DNA from: an uncultured Gammaproteobacteria bacterium
GTDB lineage: Bacteria; Patescibacteriota; Patescibacteriia; Patescibacteriales; CAYMCJ01
Assembly: GCA_964388985.1 (NCBI GenBank)
Contig: CAYMCJ010000002.1
Coordinates: 4,838 to 41,385, forward strand
DNA length: 36,548 nt
Direction of reading: 5' to 3'
How positions within the stretch are numbered: the first letter of the stretch is position 1; every line of letters begins with the position of its first letter. The translations under genes were made by a program, and so were the position numbers. A model generated the notes under the pieces. The model was not told where the DNA came from, made no database searches, and saw only the letters and a program-made list of their open reading frames with translations. This document shows positions 26,417 through 34,376 of the stretch, one piece after another.

Positions 26417-26755
26417 TTAATCAATTATTTGTTTACATTTTTTGCAAACTCTAACTTTTTTTCTTTTTTTCCTATCTTTTCCTACGACCGCTTCCTCTAA
26501 ATATTTATATCCGGTTCTGGCCGGCTGATTGCATTTGGGGCAAACCAACGTCATATTTGATAAATCCATAGGGGCCGGAAACTCAATTCTTTGCCCCTTT
26601 TCCCCCTGTTTTCTCGGCCGCATATGCTTAATTAGTAAATTTAGTCCTTCAATACTGGCCTTGTTTCGCACCGAAAAAACCTGTAAAACTTTTCCAGTCT
26701 TACCCTTATCTTTACCGGCTAATATTTTAATTTTATCGCCTTTCTTTATCTTCAT
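26417..26755 (-). CDS. rplX: Ribosomal protein uL24 with a Cys4 pattern in the C-terminal part
   Basis: KOW motif KKGDKIKILAGKDKGKTGKVLQV. CPKC at aa 72-75 and CKKC at aa 104-107. Confidence 0.93.
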   Translation of the reverse strand: MKIKKGDKIKILAGKDKGKTGKVLQVFSVRNKASIEGLNLLIKHMRPRKQGEKGQRIEFPAPMDLSNMTLVCPKCNQPARTGYKYLEEAVVGKDRKKRKKVRVCKKCKQIID

Positions 26756-26977
26756 AAAATTACAAATCTACAAATATATTCACAAATCTATCACCCCGCT
26801 AAAATGGGAGCCGCCACAATAAAATAAATACAAAAACGAGAAAAATTATTATTTAAATTTATTAAATTTCTATTAACCAATTATATTCACAATCGTCATG
26901 AGTTACGCGTTCCAGATTATACGATATCAACCAAATCCCAAAAATCAAATTGTTAATTAAAAATCGCAAATCGCAAA

Positions 26978-27349
26978 TTACAAGACTTCCGGTGCCATTG
27001 AAGCTACTTTAAAATAACCCTTTCTTCTTACCTCGCGGGCAATCGGGCCAAAAATTCTGGTTGCTTTTGGTTCTTTTTTTTCTTTATCAACTACAACGCA
27101 GGCATTATCGTCAAAACGTAAATAACTCCCGTCTTTTCTCCTTATTTCTTTTTTGGTTCTGACAATAACAACCCTGACAACATCGCCCTTTTTTATGGCT
27201 GAATGCGGCACCGCTTCCTTAACGCTGGCGGTAATAATATCACCTACCCCGGCATAACGCCTCTTGGAGCCGCCTAAAACTTTAATACACAGTACCATCT
27301 TGGCTCCGCTGTTATCAGTAACTTTTATTTTGGATTCTTGCTGTATCAT
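26978..27349 (-). CDS. rplN: Ribosomal protein uL14
   Basis: [17 protein letters not shown]; 123 aa. Confidence 0.96.
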   Translation of the reverse strand: MIQQESKIKVTDNSGAKMVLCIKVLGGSKRRYAGVGDIITASVKEAVPHSAIKKGDVVRVVIVRTKKEIRRKDGSYLRFDDNACVVVDKEKKEPKATRIFGPIAREVRRKGYFKVASMAPEVL

Positions 27350-27419
27350 TTCAATTGAAAGCTATAAAATTGAAAGGTATAAAATTATTTAATTTACTTT
27401 CTACTTTATAAACTTTTAA

Positions 27420-27689
27420 CTAGTATATTACCCGCCACCGCTTATCCTTAGACAGCGGGCGGCATTCAATAAAATTTACCTTATCCCCTTCTTTAAATTT
27501 ATTTTTTTCATCATGCACTTTATATCTTTTGCTAACCACATATCTTTTTTTATATTTTGGGTGAATTATAACTCTATCAACTCTGGCTATTATCGTCTTA
27601 TTCATTTTATCACTAACAACCAGACCGCTGAATTTCTTTCTAATAACCTTCTCTTTTTTATTAAAAATTTTTTGTTCTTCCTTTTTCAT
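27420..27689 (-). CDS. rpsQ: Ribosomal protein uS17
   Basis: GLVVSDKMNKTIIARVDRVIIHPKYKKR and ECRPLSKDKRWRV. Confidence 0.94.
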   Translation of the reverse strand: MKKEEQKIFNKKEKVIRKKFSGLVVSDKMNKTIIARVDRVIIHPKYKKRYVVSKRYKVHDEKNKFKEGDKVNFIECRPLSKDKRWRVIY

Positions 27690-27711
27690 ATATTAAAAAT
27701 TATAAAAATAA

Positions 27712-27939
27712 TTATCTTTCTATCTGGCTTTGCTCTTTCGCAGGCGCTTTTTCTTCTCCTTGCTTATTTAACAATATTAAAATTTGAGCAATTGTCTTTC
27801 TTATTTTCCTAATTTCCCTAACATTTTTAAGCTGCTTATTTGCATCCTTAAATCTTAAATCCCTTAGTTTGTCTCTTGATTCAGCTAAAATTTTATGTAA
27901 ATCGCCTTTATTTTTCTTTTTTAATTCTTTAAACTCCAT
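27712..27939 (-). CDS. rpmC: Ribosomal protein uL29
   Basis: ORF trimmed to the ATG at 27939 (MEFKELKKKNKGDLHKILAESRDKLRDLRF). The 25 upstream codons in the track look like spacer read-through. Confidence 0.9.
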   Translation of the reverse strand: MEFKELKKKNKGDLHKILAESRDKLRDLRFKDANKQLKNVREIRKIRKTIAQILILLNKQGEEKAPAKEQSQIER

Positions 27940-28043
27940 AAAATTACAAATTACAAATTCAATACAAATTGACAAATAAATATTTAAATTAAAATTAATT
28001 TCTACTGGCATCACTTTTTCCTCCCCTTTTTTAATTTTTGTTA

Positions 28044-28448
28044 TTACTTTTTAACAAATCTGCACTTTACCGGCAATTTATGCATTGCTAAAATTAAAGC
28101 TTTTTTGGCCATTTCTTCCGATAATCCTTCAACCTCAAATAATATCATCCCCGGTTTAACCACGGCTACATAATGGTCAACCGCGCCCTTACCTTTGCCC
28201 ATTGGAATCTCTCCTCCTTTTTTAGTAACCGGTTTGTCAGGAAAAATTCTAATCCATATTTTTCCGCCCTTCTTGGTATATTTGGTTATAACCCGACGAG
28301 CCGCTTCTATCTGCCTTGAGTTAATCCAGTGAGATTCTATACTTTTTAAACCGAAACTGCCGAAGTTTATATTTGTTAAACGGCCGGCCTTGCCACCTCG
28401 TTTCCCTTTGTGCGACTTTCTGTATTTAGTTTTTTTTGGCATTAACAT
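28044..28448 (-). CDS. rplP: Ribosomal protein uL16
   Basis: [19 protein letters not shown]; 134 aa. Confidence 0.96.
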   Translation of the reverse strand: MLMPKKTKYRKSHKGKRGGKAGRLTNINFGSFGLKSIESHWINSRQIEAARRVITKYTKKGGKIWIRIFPDKPVTKKGGEIPMGKGKGAVDHYVAVVKPGMILFEVEGLSEEMAKKALILAMHKLPVKCRFVKK

Positions 28449-28455
28449 AGTGATA

Positions 28456-28534
28456 ATTCAAATTTACAAATGTTATTCAAATTTACAAATGTTATTTTTA
28501 AACCATTTACTCAAAAATATTTGTAGATTTGAAT
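28456..28534. repeat. Perfect 19-bp tandem duplication plus its near-perfect inverted copy in the rpsC-rplP spacer
   Basis: ATTCAAATTTACAAATGTT occurs at 28456-28474 and 28475-28493. ATTTGTAGATTTGAAT at 28519-28534 is the reverse complement of ATTCAAATTTACAAAT with one mismatch. Confidence 0.85.
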
Positions 28535-28556
28535 TCATTCGTAGATTTGGGTGTAA

Positions 28557-29252
28557 TTACTTCGTCTTTTTCCCCACCACTTCACCGGCCTTTTCTTCCT
28601 TCTCAAACACCTCGCCTTTATATATCCATACTTTAACCCCAATACTTCCATATATAGTATGCGCCGTCCCTCGGGCATAGTCTATATTGGCCCGAAGGGT
28701 GTTTAGGGGAACTTTTCCTGATACTAATTTTTCACTTCTGGCAATTTCAGCTCCATTTAACCTCCCTCCGACTACAATCTTCACTCCCAAAGCACCGGCC
28801 CGCTCAACCCGGCCAACCGCCTGTTTCATTACCCTTCTAAACGGCATTCTTTTCTCAATATCTAAAATCATTGACTGAGCTATAATTTGAGCGCTTAAAT
28901 TCGGCTGGCTAACTTCATTAATATTAATATTTATTTCACTTAATTTGACTATTTGGGGTCGAGATAAAAATTTTCTATGTATTTCTCTCTTTAAATCCTC
29001 GGCACCGGCTCCGCCACGTCCGATAATTAATCCTGGTTTGGCCGTAAAAATATTAATATTGATTTTATTTACACTTCTTTCAATCTCGATTCTGTCAACG
29101 CCGGCTTCTATTAATTTTTTTAATAAAAATTTCTTAATTTTAATATCCTGCTCAATATTTTTAATATAATTTTTACCATTACTAAACCACTTGGACGACC
29201 AAGTTCTTGTTATTCCCATTCTTAATATTTTTGGATTAACTTTTTTTCCCAT
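28557..29252 (-). CDS. rpsC: Ribosomal protein uS3
   Basis: [28 protein letters not shown] lies upstream of the ATG. Confidence 0.96.
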   Translation of the reverse strand: MGKKVNPKILRMGITRTWSSKWFSNGKNYIKNIEQDIKIKKFLLKKLIEAGVDRIEIERSVNKININIFTAKPGLIIGRGGAGAEDLKREIHRKFLSRPQIVKLSEINININEVSQPNLSAQIIAQSMILDIEKRMPFRRVMKQAVGRVERAGALGVKIVVGGRLNGAEIARSEKLVSGKVPLNTLRANIDYARGTAHTIYGSIGVKVWIYKGEVFEKEEKAGEVVGKKTK

Positions 29253-29342
29253 AATAACTCCTATTATACTAATAAATGCAAAAGCCGCTAATCGCTAATT
29301 AATTTAAATTCGCATAAACATCTATTTGCGCATAGTATAACA

Positions 29343-29954
29343 TTATCCGCTTTTTCTTCTAAATACCTTGCCTACAAATCCCTTTTTTCTTCCCCCTTCA
29401 ATTTTTGTATGTTTGCCTTTTCCTTCCATCCTGGGATCAATAGCCTCCATTCCCTTTTCGGCTTCAATATTATCATCTTTATTTTGTTTCGCCGAATTAT
29501 CGGAACGCGAATCAGACTCCCGGCCCTGCAAAACAGGTTTTGAGGCTTCTTTTTTTGGCTGTTTATCCAATTTTAAAGGGGACTCAATTTCTTGCTTTTT
29601 TGATTTTACTTTACCACTATCTTTTATTTCGGATAAAACTAAACTTATATTACTGCTTCTCTTTCTTATCGGAGTGGCCCGGCCATGGGCTCTTGGCATC
29701 CAGCGATGCAATGTCGGCCCCTCGTCTATTCTTATTTCCGATAACAACAAATTATCTTTGTCCAGTTCATAATTATGCTCTGCGTTAGCTATGGCCGAAT
29801 TTATTAATTTAATTATCGGCCCCGCCGCCTTTTTATTAATAAATTTTAATTGGTCCAAAACATCTTTTATTTTCATCCCACGAATAACATCGGCCACTAA
29901 ACGAACTTTTCTTGGCGACATTCTAATATATTTTGCTTTGGCGGTTATTTTCAT
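29343..29954 (-). CDS. rplV: Ribosomal protein uL22 with a ~90-aa C-terminal tail
   Basis: Core AKAKYIRMSPRKVRLVADVIRGMKIKD. 203 aa, against the roughly 110-120 aa usual for bacteria. Confidence 0.93.
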   Translation of the reverse strand: MKITAKAKYIRMSPRKVRLVADVIRGMKIKDVLDQLKFINKKAAGPIIKLINSAIANAEHNYELDKDNLLLSEIRIDEGPTLHRWMPRAHGRATPIRKRSSNISLVLSEIKDSGKVKSKKQEIESPLKLDKQPKKEASKPVLQGRESDSRSDNSAKQNKDDNIEAEKGMEAIDPRMEGKGKHTKIEGGRKKGFVGKVFRRKSG

Positions 29955-30057
29955 ATAATATACACTAATTGAACAAAAATAAACAAAAAAACTAATTTAA
30001 GATTATGCGCTTATATCAATATTTCGTTTTTTTTGTTCGTATTTATTCCTTTCGTGT

Positions 30058-30342
30058 TTATTTGTCTTTAGATTGCTCTTTGGCCATCTTTCCTCCGTGG
30101 CTGACGAACTTTCTGGTTGGCGAAAACTCTCCAAGTTTATGGCCAACCATATTTTCAACCACATAAACAGGGATATGTTGCCTTCCGTTATGGACCCCAA
30201 TTGTAAAACCTACCATCTCCGGGGTAATTGTGCAAGACCTGTCCCATACTTTTATTATGGTTTTGTCTCCTGATTTTAAATCTTTAATTTTTTTTAATAT
30301 TTTCGGGTTCACATAAGGACCCTTTTTTAAACTTCTTGACAT
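30058..30342 (-). CDS. rpsS: Ribosomal protein uS19
   Basis: [11 protein letters not shown] and [13 protein letters not shown]. Confidence 0.96.
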   Translation of the reverse strand: MSRSLKKGPYVNPKILKKIKDLKSGDKTIIKVWDRSCTITPEMVGFTIGVHNGRQHIPVYVVENMVGHKLGEFSPTRKFVSHGGKMAKEQSKDK

Positions 30343-30482
30343 AAAATATTACAAATTAGAAATTTTTTACCTGCCTCGCCAGCGGGCGGACAAATTTACA
30401 AATATTATTTACTATTTCATTAAATATCTCTAAAATAACAACCATTTTTAAACTTATTACCTTTAAAACTTTACTATAAATT

Positions 30483-31325
30483 TTATCTTCTCTTCTTACC
30501 TCGCTTCTTAACTATCAATTTATCCGACCGTTTACCCTTCTTTCTTGTTTTTATTCCTAAAGCCGGCTTCCCCCAAGGAGTTTTTGGATGCTTTAAGCCG
30601 ATTGACTGGTTCCCTTCGCCACCGCCATGAGGATGATCTACCGGATTCATAGCCGAACCGCGAACAGTAGGTCTGATTCCCAAATGCCTTCTTCTACCGG
30701 CCGAACCCCATTTTATATGACGTTTATCAGGATTACTAATTTGACCGACGGTACACAAACACTCTTTTTTTATTAACCTGATTTCTCCTGAAGGAATTTT
30801 TATCTGCGCATATTTTTTATCAACGCCCATAACATAAACGGAATTCCCCGCCCCCCGCGCTATTTTTGCCCCCCGGCCCGGTTCAAACTCAATATTGCAA
30901 ATAGCGATACCGGCTGGAATGTATTTAATCGGCATGGCATTCCCGACTTTAATTTCAATCTGTTTTTGGGAATTTATTATTTCATCTCCAACTTTTAAAC
31001 CAGCCTGGGAAATAATATATCTCTTTTCCCCGTCCTTATAATTAAGCAACGCTATTCTGGCTCCACGGTTCGGGTCATATTCAATGCTGGCGACCTTAGC
31101 CGGAATATCAAATTTATCTCTTTTAAAATCAACAATTCTTATATATCTTTTCGCTCCGCCGCCCCTATGCCTAATTGTAATTTTTCCGCTTGAATTTCGC
31201 CCGCCTCTTCTTTTTTTAATCTTTATTAATTTTTTTTCAGGTTTCTTTTTGGTAATATCTAAAAAATCATCAAAGGTTGCGTGCCTTCTTGCCGGAGTAG
31301 TTGGTTTTACCTTTTTTATTCCCAT
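30483..31325 (-). CDS. rplB: Ribosomal protein uL2
   Basis: GRNSSGKITIRHRGGGAKR and NPVDHPHGGGEG. Confidence 0.97.
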   Translation of the reverse strand: MGIKKVKPTTPARRHATFDDFLDITKKKPEKKLIKIKKRRGGRNSSGKITIRHRGGGAKRYIRIVDFKRDKFDIPAKVASIEYDPNRGARIALLNYKDGEKRYIISQAGLKVGDEIINSQKQIEIKVGNAMPIKYIPAGIAICNIEFEPGRGAKIARGAGNSVYVMGVDKKYAQIKIPSGEIRLIKKECLCTVGQISNPDKRHIKWGSAGRRRHLGIRPTVRGSAMNPVDHPHGGGEGNQSIGLKHPKTPWGKPALGIKTRKKGKRSDKLIVKKRGKKRR

Positions 31326-31346
31326 ATTCTTTCAATTGTCAATTGT

Positions 31347-31409
31347 CAATTACGAATTACGAATTTATAGTTTGTCTAAAATAAATTTGTAATTGCTAAT
31401 TCGTAATTG
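31347..31409. repeat. 13-bp perfect inverted repeat within AATTACGAATT / AATTCGTAATT word arrays (rplW-rplB spacer)
   Basis: CAATTACGAATTA (31347-31359) is the exact reverse complement of TAATTCGTAATTG (31397-31409). Confidence 0.8.
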
Positions 31410-31419
31410 CTAATTGATT

Positions 31420-31920
31420 TTAAACTCCTTCATAAATTTTTATACTCTTGCCTACCGGTAACTTTATTATCGCCTTTTTCCAGTCTTTTCTTTTGCCCTG
31501 AACCCGGCCATAACGCGTTTTCTTCCCCCTGACTTTTATTATATTAACATTAACCGGTTTAACTCCATAAACCTCCTGGATTGCTTTAGCTATTTCAATT
31601 TTATTCGCCTTTGGGGCCACTTGAAATATATATTTATTTTCAACGCCAACCGAACTTGCCTTTTCCGTTACCAATGGTTTAGCTAATATCTTATATGCAT
31701 TATAATATTTTCTTGTTTTTTTAACGCTTTTCTCGGACCCACTAGCAGTAGTTTCAACCTTTAAATCTTTTCCTTTCTTAACGCCCGTGACTTTCCCCTC
31801 CGAATACAATCCTTTCATGCTTTTTTTATCTTCATGTTTTTTGGAATCATCAATATTGGAAAGTCTATTTACTTCTTTTTTCTTATCTTTATTATCTTTT
31901 CTTTTACTAAATATTCCCAT
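31420..31920 (-). CDS. rplW: Ribosomal protein uL23 with a ~70-aa Lys-rich N-terminal extension
   Basis: The uL23 core sits in the C-terminal part (ILAKPLVTEKAS, FQVAPKANKIEIAKAIQEVYGVKP). Confidence 0.92.
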   Translation of the reverse strand: MGIFSKRKDNKDKKKEVNRLSNIDDSKKHEDKKSMKGLYSEGKVTGVKKGKDLKVETTASGSEKSVKKTRKYYNAYKILAKPLVTEKASSVGVENKYIFQVAPKANKIEIAKAIQEVYGVKPVNVNIIKVRGKKTRYGRVQGKRKDWKKAIIKLPVGKSIKIYEGV

Positions 31921-31925
31921 ATAAT

Positions 31926-32639
31926 CTAAAAATTATCCCCATTATATTTCTTTTCCAAATTTTTAACACTTTCTTCTGTCAAAATTAAATTTTTATATTT
32001 TATTAAATCTAAAATATTTATATTATTTATATTGATTATCTTTACACCAGCCAAATTTCGACCGGAAAATTTAACTTTATCATCCTTTTTATCATTAATC
32101 ATTAATAAACTTCGTTTTTGATTTTTTGATTTTATATCAACCTTCGGTTTACTTTTTACTATCCGGGCCTTACTTGGCTTAAAAACTTTTTTCTCTAAAT
32201 TATCCAAAATATTATTAATAATTTTAGTTTTATACCCGTTTATCTCTAATTTATCTAATACCGCTAAATTATTGCTAATTGCCCTGTCGGACAAAACCAT
32301 TAACAAGGCTTTCTGCTTCATTTTTTTATTTATTTTTTTCTTAAAATTTCTTTCCTTTCTGGGGCCAAAAGTAATGCCGCCGCCTATCCAAATAGGACTG
32401 CGGTTTGAACCCGCTCGGGCCCGGCCGGTTCCTTTCTGCCTCCACGGCTTTTTGCCTCCTCCTCGCACCTCGCTTCTGTCTTTTGTATGTGCCAAAACTT
32501 GCCGCTCGTTAGCCATTTGCGCCACTACCGCCTGATGCACTAGACCTTCATTCACTTTTACTCCAAAAATCTTGTCGGATAATTTAATATCTCCGACTTC
32601 TTCAATTTTTTGATTGTATATTTTAATATTAACTGACAT
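31926..32639 (-). CDS. rplD: Ribosomal protein uL4
   Basis: GGGKKPWRQKGTGRARAGSNRSPIWIGGG. Confidence 0.95.
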   Translation of the reverse strand: MSVNIKIYNQKIEEVGDIKLSDKIFGVKVNEGLVHQAVVAQMANERQVLAHTKDRSEVRGGGKKPWRQKGTGRARAGSNRSPIWIGGGITFGPRKERNFKKKINKKMKQKALLMVLSDRAISNNLAVLDKLEINGYKTKIINNILDNLEKKVFKPSKARIVKSKPKVDIKSKNQKRSLLMINDKKDDKVKFSGRNLAGVKIININNINILDLIKYKNLILTEESVKNLEKKYNGDNF

Positions 32640-32694
32640 AATTTATTGTAAATAAATAAACAGAAAATAATAAACAGATTATTTCTTACTTTCT

Positions 32695-33435
32695 TTATAT
32701 TTTTTTATCTTCCGGTTTATCTTCAGATTCTTTAATTTGTGCGCCACTGGCTGTCTGCCCGCTACTTTCATTTTTTGCTTCCTCTACCTGTTCCTTGCTC
32801 TGTGTTCCCTGTTCTTTGATTTTCAGCTCTCCTTCTCCTGAAATTAATAATAACCCGTTTCTGGCTCCTGGAATCGCGCCTTTTATTAATAAAATATTAT
32901 TTTCTTTGTCAATTTCCGCAACTTCTAAATTTGGTACAGTCACCCGGCCGCCGCCCATTCTTCCGGGCATTCTCTGTCCTTTGAAAACATGAGCCGGTCC
33001 GGTAGCGCCAATTGAGCCCGGCATCCGCAACTGGTCTTTGTTGCCGTGAGTTTTATCCTGGCCATGGAATCCATATCGCTTAACCACGCCGGCGAAACCC
33101 TTTCCCTTGGAAATCCCGACAACTTTAATTTTATCACCCGGCTCAAATATGCCAACGTCAATTTTATCACCCTTATTTATTTTTTCATCATTAACTCTAA
33201 ATTCCCGTAAATATCTAAAATTATTCAAATTTTTTAAATGCCCTTTTTGCGGTTTTGAAATATTTTTCTCTTTTTTTCTGCCAAAACCAATCTGAACGGC
33301 CCGATACCCGTCTTTTTTTTCATCTTTTATCTGCACAACAACACAAGGACCAGCCTTAACTTTTGTTACTGCCGCTACCCTGCCTCCCTGCCAAACCTGG
33401 GTCATATCTATTTTTTTTCCTAATAAAAACTTCAT
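32695..33435 (-). CDS. rplC: Ribosomal protein uL3 with an acidic/Lys-rich C-terminal tail
   Basis: LLGKKIDMTQVW and GKGFAGVVKRYGFHG. Confidence 0.95.
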   Translation of the reverse strand: MKFLLGKKIDMTQVWQGGRVAAVTKVKAGPCVVVQIKDEKKDGYRAVQIGFGRKKEKNISKPQKGHLKNLNNFRYLREFRVNDEKINKGDKIDVGIFEPGDKIKVVGISKGKGFAGVVKRYGFHGQDKTHGNKDQLRMPGSIGATGPAHVFKGQRMPGRMGGGRVTVPNLEVAEIDKENNILLIKGAIPGARNGLLLISGEGELKIKEQGTQSKEQVEEAKNESSGQTASGAQIKESEDKPEDKKI

Positions 33436-33570
33436 AAACTCTTACAAATTACTAATCTATTACGAATTTAACAAATCTCAAAATATTAATTTATTATTAA
33501 TCGCGATTATACTTTCTTCGCTGTAAAACAATAAACAGTAAACTAATATTTGTAGATTTGTACTTGATTT

Positions 33571-33660
33571 GTCCCGCCACCTTATTATATTTACTGTGGG
33601 TGGGATCCCGTCGTCGCCTCTGGCGTGACCCCGCAGAATGCGGTGGCCAAGGCGGTGATA
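33571..33660 (-). other. GC-rich ~90-nt structured island inside the 422-nt rpsJ-rplC spacer (candidate cis-regulatory or small RNA)
   Basis: On the sense (minus) strand, closing helix CCGCC (33651-33655) pairs with GGCGG (complement of 33574-33578). A 9-10 bp hairpin spans 33627-33648 (GGCCACCGCA-UUC-UGCGGGGUC). A second hairpin is CGCC-AGA-GGCG. There is also a GGGAUCCC palindrome. Confidence 0.35.
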
Positions 33661-33857
33661 ATTCGTAGATACAAAAAACTGGTCTTTAAACGCAAAGCCA
33701 GCATATAAAAAACACTAAAATATTACTATTGTATGCTGAATTTTTGTTTTTTCTCCTAATCAATATTAATTCTTGTTTAAGCATTGTCCTTGTTTAATAA
33801 ATTCAACAAGGAATTACCTAACCAATCATCAATATTTTTTATAATTAAATCTTCTAA

Positions 33858-34229
33858 TTATTGCATTTTAATTTCCACATCAACACCGGCCGGTAAATTT
33901 AAATTGGTTAGATCTTCAATGGTCTTGGCCGATGGCTCAACTATATCAACCAACCTTTTGTGAATCCTCATTTCATACTGGTCTTTGGCTTTTTTATGAA
34001 CAAAAGTGGAACGGTTAACGGTATATTTCCTTTTTTCAACCGGCAACGGTATGGGCCCGAAAATTTGCGCGCCGCTACGTTCAGCAGTGTCGATAATTGT
34101 TTTTGTGGATTGATCTATAATTTTGTGATCAAAAGCTTTAATTTTAATACGGATTTTTTGCTTAAAATCATTATTATTATTTCCACTTTTCTCCGTATTT
34201 TTACCATCATCTTTTTCTTTGCCTGGCAT
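33858..34229 (-). CDS. rpsJ: Ribosomal protein uS10 (start ambiguous)
   Basis: Core [40 protein letters not shown]. The ATG at 34229 is preferred over the TTG at 34289 used by the ORF track. Either start gives an N-terminal extension. Confidence 0.9.
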   Translation of the reverse strand: MPGKEKDDGKNTEKSGNNNNDFKQKIRIKIKAFDHKIIDQSTKTIIDTAERSGAQIFGPIPLPVEKRKYTVNRSTFVHKKAKDQYEMRIHKRLVDIVEPSAKTIEDLTNLNLPAGVDVEIKMQ

Positions 34230-34341
34230 GTATTTTAATTTTAAATTATTAATTAAATTAATAAATATATTAGCAAATCCGTCTGCCAATCTCTTTTGGC
34301 TATATCACCTATTTTTAAAATTAATTTAAATAAACACTATA

Positions 34342-34367
34342 AAGCCCTCCGCTAAAAATCAAAGGGC
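34342..34367 (-). terminator. Hairpin between tuf and rpsJ (possible attenuator or terminator)
   Basis: AGCCCT (34342-34347) pairs with AGGGCT (34362-34367) around a 14-nt loop. On the sense strand it is followed by a U-rich tract, UUAUAGUGUUUAUUU. Confidence 0.3.
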
Positions 34368-34376
34368 TCTAAATAT

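Noticed and set aside
27940-28014. 25-codon N-terminal extension of the uL29 ORF, and the TTG-initiated extensions of uL5 (26375-26407) and uS10 (34230-34289)
   Set aside because: The extensions translate repeat-filled spacer DNA into hydrophobic nonsense. Canonical N-termini begin at the internal ATGs.
2989-33170. Minus-strand ORFs nested out of frame inside larger genes (2989-3186, 5288-5470, 8504-8728, 21668-21859, 30003-30200, 32940-33170)
   Set aside because: They overlap well-supported genes (the DD-peptidase, scpB, pyrE, secY, rpsS and rplC) in another frame. They show no recognisable motifs.
26756-33460. Bacteroidetes-type -7 promoter element TAnnTTTG upstream of the ribosomal-protein genes
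   Set aside because: Only rplX (TAGATTTG) and rplP (TAAATTTG) fit the 8-mer. The more common word TAATTTG has one base too few between TA and TTTG. I therefore report the word as an unexplained motif rather than a promoter.
33591-33704. 37-codon minus-strand ORF (MLALRLKTSFLYLRIITALATAFCGVTPEATTGSHPQ) spanning the GC-rich island in the rpsJ-rplC spacer
   Set aside because: It has no Shine-Dalgarno site and no recognisable lipobox or family signature. The open frame is easily explained by the G+C-rich, stop-poor island. It remains worth testing with the checks listed for the island.
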